Origin: Chiloscyllium plagiosum
Taxonomy: Eukaryota
Direction: 5' to 3'
Length of the DNA: 64,000 nt
Assembly (NCBI RefSeq): GCF_004010195.1
Contig: NC_057719.1
Location: 68,624,622 to 68,688,621, forward strand
Position numbers and translations under genes: made by a program. Shown here in pieces: positions 22,942 through 35,622 of the stretch. The notes beneath the pieces are model-generated. The model did no database searches, was not told the DNA's origin, and worked only from the letters and a program-made list of their open reading frames with translations. Positions within the stretch are counted from its first letter, which is position 1. Each line of letters starts with the position of its first letter.

Positions 22942-25225
22942 CAGAATAGTCAAGTCTAGAAGTAATAAAGATATGGATGAGAGTTTCAGCAGCAGATGAG
23001 TTGATGTAGAGTGGGAATCATAATCACTGTTATGGCACAGAACGAGACCACTTGGCCCATCAGGTCCACACTGGCTCCCTGCACAGTAATCCAGTTAGCC
23101 GTCTTCTTCTCTTCATGATTTTTGGAGGTAGGCATTTTTTACGGATTTGTAGTCTGAAGTTCAACCTGATGTCAGATGCAAGTTTTAGACAGTTTCTCAG
23201 ATTTAGACAGTTGCTAGGTAGGTAGATGGTCAGGTACTGTGTTTGTCGTGGGGATCCAAGACATCAATTTCATTTTCCTGATACCCTGTATTTAGTTTGT
23301 GGAAACATATACTCATTCAGGTGGAAATTTGACATATCAAAGATGGTGACGGAATCAAGGGTGGTGGGATTAAGATAAAACTAAGTGCTATCGGTGTAGA
23401 TTCCATTAAGAGGCAGCAAGCAGATGAAAAATAGAAGGGGGCTGAGGGATCCTTGGGATTGATCAAATGTCACAGTGTGGGAATGGGAAGAAGCTTTGAC
23501 CAATTCTCAAATTATTGCAATTGTCACAGATGGTACAGAATTAAATTATAGTCAGAACAGGAAGTTGAAGCAGCGTGAATATTGAAACCTGATGGAGTTT
23601 TCACTTGGTGTTCTTCTCTTTCCACTTTTCAATTGTTTTTCTTCAGCCTGATGGCGTACAGTCCTTCAGCATGGCCTGTTGTTATCTCCATTTTTCCTAC
23701 TGTTATGACCAATATGGACCCCATCTATTTGGCACCCCTTCCTACTTGACATTAGGCCCATCTGATACCCTACCCCTTTTCATTTGGCATTGTACTTTAT
23801 CATGCTGTCTTCTCCACATCTGGCACCATACCCTGTCTGACCAACTGGCACTCAAACCTCCCAGCACTTTAACATCACACTTAACTTTAAATTTCAGATA
23901 TTGGAAATTAACTGCTATGAAATGGAGTCTGGTTTTTCTAATTGTGCTTAAATGCAGTGCTGAAAGTATATGTGTGGACAAGACCACCTTCAAAAATCGC
24001 CAAATGTCAAAGAAAATGTATTTTGGGGCACCTAATCAGAGCAAAGATCCAACTCCTCTTCCAAAAGGAAAGAGGCAGGAAATGGATATAAGCTGCTTCT
24101 CCAATCACAGACTCTTCACCAGTGAACCAAGCACCAACCTGTGATTGAAGGAGTAGCTAGTAGTTAGGAAGGTAAGTGTTGATTGTGAGGGAGGCATCTT
24201 CGGCCAGGATGGAGAACTTGACAAGTCTGAGATGCAGATCTGAGTGCCACTCTTTGTCAAGGCAAGAAGGGCCTCTGTGAAAGATCTACCTGGCAAGTCT
24301 GGGAAAGGTGAGACATTAGGAGGAACTAGCTGCAAGAAGGTCTGAGAGGAAAAAGCTGGCAGTAAAGGATGCAAGAGGGGTTGATGGAAGCTGCAAGACT
24401 GGTAAGGAAGAAAGCGGTTGAGGAGGGGATGGTTGAAAAGGAGAAGCAGGCTCCAAGGAGGTTGGGAGAAGGAGACTGCAAAGTGCGGTATGGTGGGGAA
24501 TGAAAGAGCCTGCAAAGGAGGACTAGGGGAGAGAAGATAGCTCTATGTGTGTAGGAGTCAGAAGAAGATTGAAATATGTGATGTGGCGAGGTTGAAAGGT
24601 AAAGGTTGAAAGTTTTAAATCTGTCAGCAAAGAAATTTAAACTTTTAAGAGTACTGAGGTAATGAATTCTTTGCAATAAATGTTGAATCTCTGGTTTAAA
24701 ATTGCATAAGTTCAGGAGTTACTATACTTGGAAGCGGAGTTGGAAGAAAAGGTATAGTGGATCCCATTGTAATGAGCACTATGTCAATTGTTAAATTCAA
24801 TCTGAGATTGAAATCCAAAATCCAGTAAATAAGCTTGTAACTGCCTCATTAAAATGTTCGAGCTTTGTGCATATGTGATACTAAAGCATAAGACTCACGA
24901 CTCTCCTGAAGGTGTGTTGAGGATGATGGCTCTTAGTGTGTAGAAGTTATTTTGATTAAATCTTTTGTTGATTTATTCCTGTTGTCTTCTATCACTTTAA
25001 GCACTATTAAAACCAACAGTTGTGTGCCATTCCTAATTGCAAGTGAACCGAGTGGCTGGTTAGACTATCTGAGATGTTCATTTAAGAGTCACCAACATTA
25101 CTGACGATCCGGAGTCACATGCCATCCAGACTAAGTAGGATGGAAGTTTTCCTTTCTTAAAGGATTGTGAATCTGATTTTTTTTTGTGTGACAGTTGAGG
25201 GAAGTGCTACTGAGACTAGCTTTAA

Positions 25226-27062
25226 ACAATAGACAATAGGTGCAGGAGTAGGCCATTCGGCCCTTCGAGCCAACACCACCATTCCATTATGATCATGGCT
25301 GATCATTCGCAATCAGTATCCTGTTCCTGCCTTTTCCCCATAATCCATGATTCTACTATCTCTAAGAGCTCTATCCATCTCTTTATTGAAAGTATCCAGA
25401 GAATTGGCTTCCACTGCCTTCTGGGATAGAGCCTTCCATACATCCACTACTCTCTGGGTGAAGAAGTTTCTCCTCAGCTCTGTTCTAAATGGCCTACCCC
25501 TTATTTTTAAACTGTGTCCTTTAGTTCTGGACTCACCCATCAGCAGAAACATGCTTCCTGCCTCCAGAGTGTCCAATCCATTTATAATTTTCTACGTCTC
25601 AATCAGATCCCCTCTCATCCTTCTAAACTCAAGTGTATACAAGTTCAGTGGTTCCAATCTTTCAACATTTGATAGTCTCTCCATTCCAGGAATTGACCTC
25701 ATGAACCTATGCTGCACTCCCTCAATATCCAGAATGTCCTTCCTCAAATTTGGAAACCAAAACTGCACACAGTACTCCAGGTGCGGTCTCACCAGGGCCC
25801 TGTACAGTTGCAGAAGGACCTCTGCTGCTATACTCAATTCCTCTTGCTTTGAAGGCCAGTATGCCATTAGCTTTCTTCACTGCCTGCTGTACCTGCGCGC
25901 TTGCTTTCATTGATTGATATACAAGAACACCTGGATTTCGTTGTACTTCTCCTTTACCTAACTTGACTCCATTTAGATAGTAATCTACCTTCCTGTTCTT
26001 ACCACCAAAGTGGATAACCACACATTCATCCACATTAAACTGCATCTGCCATGAATCTGTCCACTCACCTAGCCTGTCCAACTCACCCTGTATTCTCATA
26101 ACATCCTCCTCACATTTCACCCTGCCACCCAGCTTTGTGACATCAGCACATTTGCTAATATTACTTTTAATGCCTTCATCTATATCATTGATGTATATAG
26201 TAAATAGCTGAGGGCCCAGCACCAAACCTTGTGGTACCCCACTGGTCAACGCCTGCCATTCCGAAAAGGACCTGTTTATCACTACTCTTTGCATCCTGTC
26301 AATCAGCCAATTTTCAATCCAAGTCAGTATCTTGCACCCAATACCATGTGCCTAATTTTGCTCACTAATCTCCTAATTGGGACCTTATCAAAGGCTTTCT
26401 GAAAGTCCAGATACACTACATCCATTGGCTCTCCCTTGTCCATCTTCATAGTTGCATCCTCAAAAAATTCCAGAAGATTAGTCAAGCACGATTTCCCCTC
26501 GTAAATCCGTGCTGACTGAGACCTATTCTGTTAGTGCTATCCACTAATTTCATCTTTTATAATTCACTCCAGCATCTTTTCCACAACTGATGTCAGGCTA
26601 ACCGGTCTATAATTCCCTGTTTTCTCTCTCCCTCCATTCTTGAAAAGTGGGACAACATTAGCCACAGGAACTGATCCTGAATCTATAGAACATTGGAAAA
26701 TGATCACCAGTGCGTCCACGATTTCTAGAGCCACCTCCTTAAGTATCCTGGGATGCAGACCATCAGGTCCCAGGGACCTATCAGCCTTCAGACCTAACAG
26801 TCTATCCAGCACCATTTCCTGCCTAATATAAATTCCCTTCAGTCCTTCAGTTCATCCATTACCCTAGGTCCTTCAGCCACTATTACATCTGGGAGATTGC
26901 TTGTGTCGTCCCTTGTGAAGACAGATCCAAAGTACCTATTCAACTCTTCTGCCATATCCTTGTTACCCATCGTAAATTCACCCATTTCTGTCTTCAAGGG
27001 CCCAATTTCAGTCTTAACCATTTTTTTTCTTTTCACATACCTAAAAAAGCTTTTACTATCCT
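25226..27062 (-). mobile_element. CR1 LINE ORF2 (RT and 3' end), inserted into an older SINE (about 25010-25225 and 27065-27190)
   Basis: GPDGLHPRILKE, NYRPVSLTSVV, SGVPQGLVLGPQLFTIYIND, LYRALVRPHLEYCVQFW; tail aacaatagacaatag. Confidence 0.95.
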
Positions 27063-27980
27063 TTTTTATTATTCCAGATTTATTAATTGAATTCAGATTT
27101 CATCAGCTGCTTTGGTGGGATTCAAGCTCATATACCCAGAGCATGAATCTCGGTTTCTGGATTACTGGTCCAGTGACATTGAGTTTCTAAAATGATAATT
27201 TTTAATTTCATGATCATAAAAGAAAAGAGAATAATATTATTCAATGGACGTATGGCCAGAATTTAGCTGAGCAATATACAATGGTCTGGTGAATTGAGAA
27301 CATACAGGCGTTGTTAATTGAAATCCTGCCATGGCAAATTCTGAAATTTAGTTTTAAGAATTTAGTTTGTTTGCTCTGGCCCTAAAGGTTGCTGTGAAAC
27401 CCAGCTCTTTCACTACCCCCTTGCTTGCTGCATCACCCAAGTGCATTCACTTTCACATAGTGCTATTGACACTTTAGACCTTCAGAGTGCCTTGAGAAAG
27501 GCAGTGAATGCTGCCTTGCCAAAGTTTCTCACTTGACAAGAATCAATAAATAAACATAAAATGTCTTTAGTGGCATAGAGTACATACGCTGTAGAATAAC
27601 AAACAGTTTTTTTTCAAATACAGCAAACTATAAGCACCTAACAGAGTAACGGCTTAAGAAACCTTAACATAGTTTGGACCTTTTGGCAGCAGGCTCAATG
27701 AATTTAAAGAAACGAGACAATTCACATCACCAAAGGAATGGTTCAAGTCACAGAAATATGACAAATACTTCTAATACTGTGAACTCAAATACCTAATTTT
27801 ATAAAATACGTTTTGAAGTATTGCTTCATTCATAAAATTTAAGCACATTATTAGCTTTGCCATATCAAAATATTCTGCTTTAAGTTTAGAAGTAAGTGAG
27901 TAAGTACAGATGTCAATAAGGTTCACTGTCTTGATTTTCCTTAAGCTACTGTCTTATTGACTTACTGTTTATTCCTGTAG

Positions 27981-28165
27981 ATGAGCTTGACAGTTACATG
28001 TATCAGACTGTGGGACATGAAGCTATCGATCTGTATTCTGAAGCCATTGGCTTGCCACTGTACCGTCACACTATCCAAGGTAGCAGCCTGGCAATTGGAA
28101 GAAATTACAACAAATGTGAAGGTGATGAAGTGGAAGACCTTTACCATCTTCTGAAAACTGTTAAG
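27981..28165 (+). CDS. DPH6: DPH6 coding exon 3 (DELDSYMYQTVGHEAIDLYSEAIGLPLYRHTIQGSSLAIGRNYNKCEGDEVEDLYHLLKTVK, 185 nt)
   Basis: Acceptor ttcctgtag ends at 27980 and donor gtact starts at 28166. Phase is compatible with exon 2 (G|AT = Asp). DELDSYMYQTVGH and GDEVEDLY are DPH6 signature motifs. Confidence 0.96.
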
Positions 28166-29399
28166 GTACTGATGAAATATTTTGCATATTGTTATATTAT
28201 TTTGCATTCTCTTGTAAATATTTATGAACTTTGCCATCATATTTCATTCACAAAAGGAGTAATAGTATTTGAACAAATATATATCACAGAACCTATGTGT
28301 TGGTCTTGAAATGCATAAATCAGAATGCATGTATTGCAGTTCGTGACTAAACAATCAATGCTGGCTTGAAAGATGTTCTATGGTGTATTTTGTACTACAC
28401 TTGCATTTGTTCAAATTTGACAAACGACTAGCTTCTCAGTGTATTTTATTCTGAGTCTGCATTAGCAGACAAAAGAAGTTAAAAAGTTTGATCTGAGTTC
28501 ATTAATAATTATTTCAGTAATTTATTATTAACATAAAACAATTTCATATGTTTTTCACAGCGCTGGGAAACTTGTTTTAGGCAATTCTTAGGTACATTTA
28601 TCAAGAAGTTGATTATATTTATGGTTTTGTTGTCATATTCTTGTGATGTGTTCTTTAAAAGAAGTATCACCCTTACATTAGATTGGTAAGTAGCATTGGT
28701 TTTATTTATTAGAAAATCTTTTAATAAGTTTTCTTAAGAGACAAACTGATAACTAGTGGATACAGAGCATTAGTGGATATAACACATGCTGCTGCTTGGA
28801 TTCTCATGATTGCTTGTCATGTGGTGTCATTCTGGTCCTTGGCTCATTTGCATACTCAGCTCTGAAAGACATAATATAACATCCCTGTTTTTACCCAAGG
28901 TAAAATTATCTCCTCTAAGAGTAAAAATATATGCATACTTGGTAATTGCAAATCACTTTACACAGATACATGAATTTTAAAATTTACAAGTTTGAATCTG
29001 TGTGCAAACAAATGGTTTGTCAATCCTTCTGAGTTTTATAATAGTATTACTGTATGGATTTCTAGACATCACACTTGGTTTTTATCAACTTGTATGTTGG
29101 TCTCTTGCATGTTGCTACAATTTTGGTTGTAGTGAAAATTGTCTTAGAGTTTCATTAACCCAGTTTATCTTTGTGTATGTTCATTCACAGTTGGAGTACT
29201 GTACAGTTCCCTGAGTTGGCTTCTGTTTCTCCTCAACACTGCTCCATTAGATACTGCGTGTTTGTAGGATCTAGGTTTGCTGCACCCTTTGAATACCTTT
29301 GCAAATGAACATACTCGTTAGATCGGATGTGAATGACTCTTATGTAGACTACGCAGTTCTGTGCCTGCATGTTTCATCTTAATGTGCAATCTTCATATT

Positions 29400-31640
29400 C
29401 CTTTGTTTATTGAGAAGCTTGTCCTGTATTTCTGAAACCCTAGGCATATGACAGCTTGGTAGAGTTTCATAACTTACTTTCCAAGTATGATCTTTGCTGG
29501 TGATGTGAAATCCATATCTAGAAGTATGGCTCTTAGATGTAGCATAGCAACACGGCAGTGCAGTCCAGACTCCTATCAATCTCTGTAAAAGAAAAATTTG
29601 CTCCTCATGTCTCCTTTGAACTTTATCTCTTTCACCGTCAGTGCATACCTCCTAGTATTAGACATTTTAACTCTGGGAAAAAGATTCTGACCGGAGTTGA
29701 AATGTCTAGTATGAGTATGACGTGTTTTGTAGCCTTCTGCCTCCTAATCAGTGTTTTAACATTGCAGAGCATTTGTTTGATGAAACTGTTGGATCTGGGA
29801 TAAGGTGGTGAGTCTGTCACACGGTTTGCTCCATTTGACAAACATATCTGTTTGTATATTGTGGCTCTTTGTCAGATACAATCTTTTCAGGTTGACTGAA
29901 CAGACTGAATGTTGTACTCATTGTATCAGCCATGGATGCACTTGGTGTGGCCTTTAATTTTCTGACTAATGGAAATTTGGAAAAACAATCAGCCACCAGG
30001 TGAAAATCTTCAGTAGGTATTGTCCATAATCTGTTGTGATTTTAGACAAAAGGACTGACATTCTTGTGAGTGTACAGGCTCCTTATGTTGCTCTGGTTGG
30101 TTATTCTGGTATTCTTTGCATATATCCATTGTTGACTCGTGGTAAAAATGCAGTTTTCCACATCAGGCATCTTGTTTGCTTTGTGCCCATATATCCCTGA
30201 TGTAGCTGTGGCAATATATACTGGCATGTACATGCATTTGTTCCCTTTTAATGATTATGCCTATCGAAATACTTGATTCGTATGAGGGTGTCTGGCACCT
30301 CTTGTGTTATGCCAGGCTGTCCTTCTATGATAATCTTCCATAGTGCCTTCAGTCATGGATCATTTGGTGTTGCTTCCTGAAATTGATTTTATTTGAGCTG
30401 ACAAAATTTCATCAATGCATTTTTAAACACATCTTTCAACTTGATATTTGTACTGCCTCTTTGCAAGTCCAGAGTGTCCTTATTTGGATGTAGTAACATG
30501 CTTAGTGTGTCCAACGTAGTTAATTTGGTACCAGGCTTGTAGCAGACAAAGGTGTATCCCTGTACCTTTACTAGAAGTCACTGTAGTCTGAGTGATGACC
30601 CATCAATGATTTGAGCCGTATCATTTCTATTCATTTACCAAATCTTACCAAACGGATACATAGGAATCTTCTGATACTGAATAGTAGGACAAATGTTTCA
30701 CACTCTGTTGGTATGATTGGATGGTGCTTGCAATTGCCTTTGGATTCCATGATGCACACTCCTAGCCCTTTCTGAGATGTATTGATGTCGAAAAAGTTTC
30801 GTATGTGTGTTGTCAGGATGATTTTTTAAAAATCAGAAACTCTGCAGGTCTTCTTTATTACAGAGATTAGACATGTGTTATACATAGAGTCATAGAGATG
30901 TACAGCATGGAAACAGACCTTTTGGTCCAACCCGTCCACGCTGACCAGATATCCCAACCCTATGCCCTCTAGTTCTGGACTCCCCGACCCCAGGGAAATG
31001 ACTTTGTCTATTTATCCTACCCATGCCCCTCATAAGTTTGTAAACCTCTATAAGGTCACCCCTCAGCCTCCGACTCTCCAGAGAAAACAGCCTCTTCCTA
31101 TAGTTCAAATCCTCCAACCCTGGCAACATCCTTGTAAATTTTTCTGAACCCTTTCAAGTTTCACAACATCTTTCCGATAGGAAGGAGACCAGAATTGCAC
31201 GCAATATTCCAACAGTGGCCTAACCAATGTCCTGTACAGCTGCAACATGACCTCCCAACTCCTGTACTCAATACTCTGACCAATCTTTGAGTTTGCCGAG
31301 GTTGAAAACTTGAGCGGATAAAGCCAAATAAGTTAAATTAGTTGATTCACCTGGAATTTCTCACCATTGAAAACAAGTCCTTTATGACAAGATGTCACAT
31401 TCATTGAATTTGAATTCTGGTTGTACGCTTCTTTGTTTTTGCACTTCACCCCAATATCATCAGCAACTTGGACAACCCAGGAATATTTTCTGTTATTCAT
31501 TCCATAAAGTGCTGGAACAGACCTTGACTGACCAATGAATCAAAATGTGGTCTGTACGAGCAATATGTTCAGAATGTTGTTTTCAAGATAATGAATTTCT
31601 GCGGTGCCTTTAGCAAGTGACCTGACTTATATCTATGTTT
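29400..31640 (-). mobile_element. Decayed Ty3/Gypsy pol (RT, RNase H, integrase), split by the CR1 at 30885-31283
   Basis: Minus-strand translation: VADDIGVK..KGLVFNGEK (RT), NTSQKGLGVCIM (RNase H), DP*LKALWKIIIEGQP, ILPQLHQGYMGTKQTR..CKEYQ..KEP (integrase zinc region). Confidence 0.75.
30885..31283 (-). mobile_element. CR1 LINE 3' end with internal deletion
   Basis: MLPGLEDLNYRKRLFSLESRRLRGDLIEVYKLMRG; tail catagagtcatagag. Confidence 0.92.
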
Positions 31641-34119
31641 TGCACCCAGCTTGAAGAAAAACTTCAAACCCACAACCCCAGAATGTTATCTCAGAGTTCT
31701 GGATTATAGTTCACTGATATTACCACAATGCCACTGCCTCCCCTACATAACTCATTTACTACAGTTATAGTTTTGAGCTAAACAAATAATAAAAGCAACA
31801 AGAATTTGATTCAACTGCACAGTCCCTTAGAACAGCAAGATTTGGAAATCATCATTCCATTATCAATGATTCTTTTACTGCTTGTAGCTGTTAAGCACAA
31901 AATTGTGAAATGGGATTTAAGTACCATGGTAGCCTGACAGCTCTCTTTCACAGGTGTTTCTGGCAGTTGGACATTCTTGGGTGTTTGTGCTTTTTACGTA
32001 CATATACGTCTCATTTAATAATTCCAAAAGACACCTTAACTCCCCCAAAAGTGGGTGAACACATTTTAAACTTGCTTTGCAGTGACCAGTGCTGCATTGG
32101 GTATGAAGCTAAATCACTAAGTTTATATTTTAGGGGTGGTTTCATACCCATTATGAAATGCACTTTACACCCAACTGTTAAAATGGTCTGCGTTTGAAGA
32201 TACTTTATGTCCATTCAGTGGTATAGTATTAATAACTTCTTAACATGACAAAAAAATCTCAATGGTAGCTCATTTTATGCTTTTATTAGAAATCCTTCAC
32301 AAAAAAACATGGAAAGGTTGTGGTCTGTGAAGGGATTGCCCCTGTTGAGAACAGGTATGTATGTATACCTGAGGTCAAGCCTTATCAGTTGATTCACAAC
32401 ACTGAATAACAATTTCCAAGCTTCAAATAAAAATAGTTCCACTTAGCATAAAAAATTGCACGGTTGTGTTGTGCGCCAAGTCTTCATAATTACTTTTCCC
32501 CCTGCTAAGCACTTTATCTTCGCTGGTGCAGACTAACTTAATTGCTTTCAAGTCCACAACAAGTTGCATTGAAATTCCTTGAGGATACTTCATTAGTTCA
32601 GTATCTTAATTGCCATTAACCATTTATTTCCTATTGCTAATGTCCAGGGTGTTTGATGTATTTAATTAAATCAGCATCAAATTTTACTAGATAGTCAAAT
32701 TGAAAAGCTACAAATATCCTTTAATGATATATTCCCAGTTAACAAGAAAAGGAGAATGCTAGTCTAATTTGATAATGCACCATTTGCTGATGAAATCGTA
32801 TGTTTCCAAACTGGATGGTTCTGTTAATGGGTTATTAATTACAGGCTTGCTGTCTTTTTTTTATATGTTGAAAGAAGAATTTCAGTTCTTACCTGCTTTT
32901 GTTCAGTTAACATCTCTGTTGCAGTTGCAATGCCCTAGCCTTCACAAAACAAGCTCATTTTTGAACAAGAGTCTATTACCCTTTCTCAAATGTGTCAATC
33001 AACAAAAATGTTACTTTGGTCATTCTACCAACTATGCATTGGCTGCTAAGACCATTAAGTAAAACTATGCATTTAATTTTTTTTGGTATGCTTCACTTAT
33101 GTGCTCTGTCCTTAAAGTCTCTGTTACCTATGTACTTTAGTTTGTTTTGACTAAGTAACAGGCCCTAGAATTGTTCAGGCAACTGCTGTTAAAATAGAAT
33201 AATTGGTTACCATTAATCTAACAATGCCTTAAGTTTTAAAATTTTCATTCAGAAGTTCAAATCCTTTCTGATTGGGTTCCTTAAGAGATATTGCTACTAA
33301 GGACACAATAAAATGTACATTATTGATAGATGCTAAATGCTAGAAGCATCTGGTTTGCATCTGGGTTAGAGATAGTTTTCAAGGATTGTCTTATCAGAGG
33401 AAAGCAAGGTAGAAATGCCGAGTGGGCATTTCAAAGCTTTGGACAGCTAAACGCATGCTCACTAATGGTTGAGTCATTAAAATGAAGACTGTGCAAGAGG
33501 CCAATGTTAGCGAATTGCATATATCTTAGTGTGATGTGGAATTGGAAGAAATTACAAAGATTGGGAGGAACCAGGCAATGGAAAGATTTAAAGTCCGGAC
33601 AAGTTTAAGGTTGTGCAGGGGAGGTGTGTGAGGCCACGTAAGTTGCAGATAATAGTGTGGAGAATGTAAGTCTTCCCAATATTTAATTGGAGGAAATTTC
33701 TTTTCATTCAGTATTGGCTGTCAAACAGGCAGTCTGACAATTTAGATTCAGTGAAGGGGTTTGAGCGATATATATTGACAGTGCATTTATGAAAACGTGA
33801 ATTTTCGACTGATGCTGTTGAGGGCAGTGAGAAATGGAAAAAGGAAAGGACAAGAGATGGATACTGCATCACCGAACTCTGAATTGTAACAGATGGAACT
33901 TAAAAGTATAGCACTTTCTGATCCTTTGGATACTTTGAAGCAACTTTTCTTACATAAGAAAATACAGCTGGTAAGCTCTCATAGGCAGCACTAAGTTAAG
34001 TAACCAGTTAGCTTGAAGTTAGTTAAGGCACTCAAGTTATGGAATTGTGTTGTTGCTGTTGATGTGAAAGCTGATCAGGTAGAGCAGCAACAAGGAAAAC
34101 TGCAATTATGTAGAAGTTA

Positions 34120-34470
34120 GGATGGAAGTAGGGAGGTTTTTTCCACTGGTGTGTAAAACTCAAACTAAGCAGCAGAGCTTCAAAATAAGGGGGAGCAAAT
34201 TTTGGACTAAGTCGAGGAGAACATCTTCACCCGAAGAGTTGTGAATCTGTGAAATTCCCTGTCCAGTGAAGCAGTTGAGATTACCTCAATGAATGAATGT
34301 TTTTAAGGCAAAGATAGATTTTTGAACAGTAAAGGAATTACGGGTTACGGTGAGCAGGCAGATGAGCGGAACTGAGTCCACAAAAAGATCAGCCATGATC
34401 GTTTTGAATGGTGGCGCAGGCTCGATGAGCCAGATGGCCTACCCCGACTCTGATTTCTTATGCTCTTGTG
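34120..34470 (+). mobile_element. CR1 LINE 3' fragment
   Basis: aaaataaggggg...ttcacccgaagagttgtgaatctgtg and the 3' UTR gatcagccatgatc...gaatggtggcgcaggctcga. Confidence 0.8.
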
Positions 34471-35285
34471 TAAGACTCATAAAAACACAGATGAACGAAA
34501 GTTGTGAATGGGATATAAAGGAGCTCAATGGCTGTGTATTTCATGCATTTGCAATGGCTTGTAGTTATAAGTCACTAAAGCGTTCCCTTTACGAGGGAAG
34601 TCTGTACAGACCAGTAATGTGAAGCACATTGACAACTTGAGCTGTTAGATGCTCTGAGTTGTCAGGTGCTTAGTTTGGACTGTACAAGAAATAGAAAATT
34701 TACAGTGGTGTGACCAGAGAAGTTTGCAGGCATATTGTTCGGAATAGTTTAGATGATGTAGAGAAACTTTTTGCCTAAATTCTAATCTGTGCTTATTGGG
34801 AACATGTGGCACTATTGTAAAACACTCCTTTTTCACAGTGGGCATGTCATCTCATTGAGCACGGTTTCGCCATTTTTAATGAAGTAGTGCTATAGCTACT
34901 ATCATTCTATCATTATCAGCAATAATCCCTAGAATTGTTCAGGCTTCTGCTGTTAAAATAGGGCAATTGTTTACTGTCACCTATCAATATCTAATGCTTC
35001 CTATATGCATTTTTACATTTACCTTGATACTTGTAGAAGCAATGAAAATTATCATCCTACAAAGGTGTCATCAAACATGGGATTGTTTAGGAGAAGGTTA
35101 CATTAAAAATATTCTATAAATGCAAACTTTGTAATATATACTTCTGCTTTCATTTAAAGATGTTCAACACGTCGCAAATCTGGAGATCGTTGAATGTTTA
35201 AAGTGAATCTTAAATGCTCCATGTCGATCAGTAATTTTAGGAAACTTAGGGAACTCGGAAATTCTTTAATTGTAATTGTAATTGT

Positions 35286-35622
35286 GGGCGGCACGGTGGC
35301 ACAGTGGTTAGCACTGCTGCCTCACAGCGCCAGAGACCCGGGTTCATTTCCCGACTCAGGCGACTGACTGTGTGGAGTTTGCACGTTCTCCCCGTGTCTG
35401 CGTGGGTTTCCTCCGGGTGCTCCGGTTTCCTCCCACAGTCCAAAGATGTGCAGGGTCAGGTGAATTGGCCATGCTAAAATTGCCCGTAGTGTTAGGTAAG
35501 GGGTAAATGTAGGGGTATGGGTGGGTTTCGCTTCGGCGGGTCGGTGTGGACTTGTTGGGCCGAAGGGCCTGTTTCCACATTGTAATGTAATCTAATCTAA
35601 ATAATCTAAATAGTAATCTAAA
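35286..35622 (+). mobile_element. Full-length, young-looking HE1-like V-SINE
   Basis: gggcggcacggtggcacagtggttagcactgctgcctcacagcgcc (A box), gggttcatttcc (B box), CpG-retaining V-domain, CR1-like tail and (taatcta)n. Confidence 0.95.

Noticed and set aside
22365..24600. Old L2-like or PLE-like purine-rich fragments (also 33360-33850)
   Set aside because: Probably ancient LINE debris, but too degraded to assign family or boundaries.
35286..35360. tRNA gene
   Set aside because: The A/B boxes belong to the tRNA-derived head of a SINE and continue into the V-domain. The same applies at 13203 and 62217.
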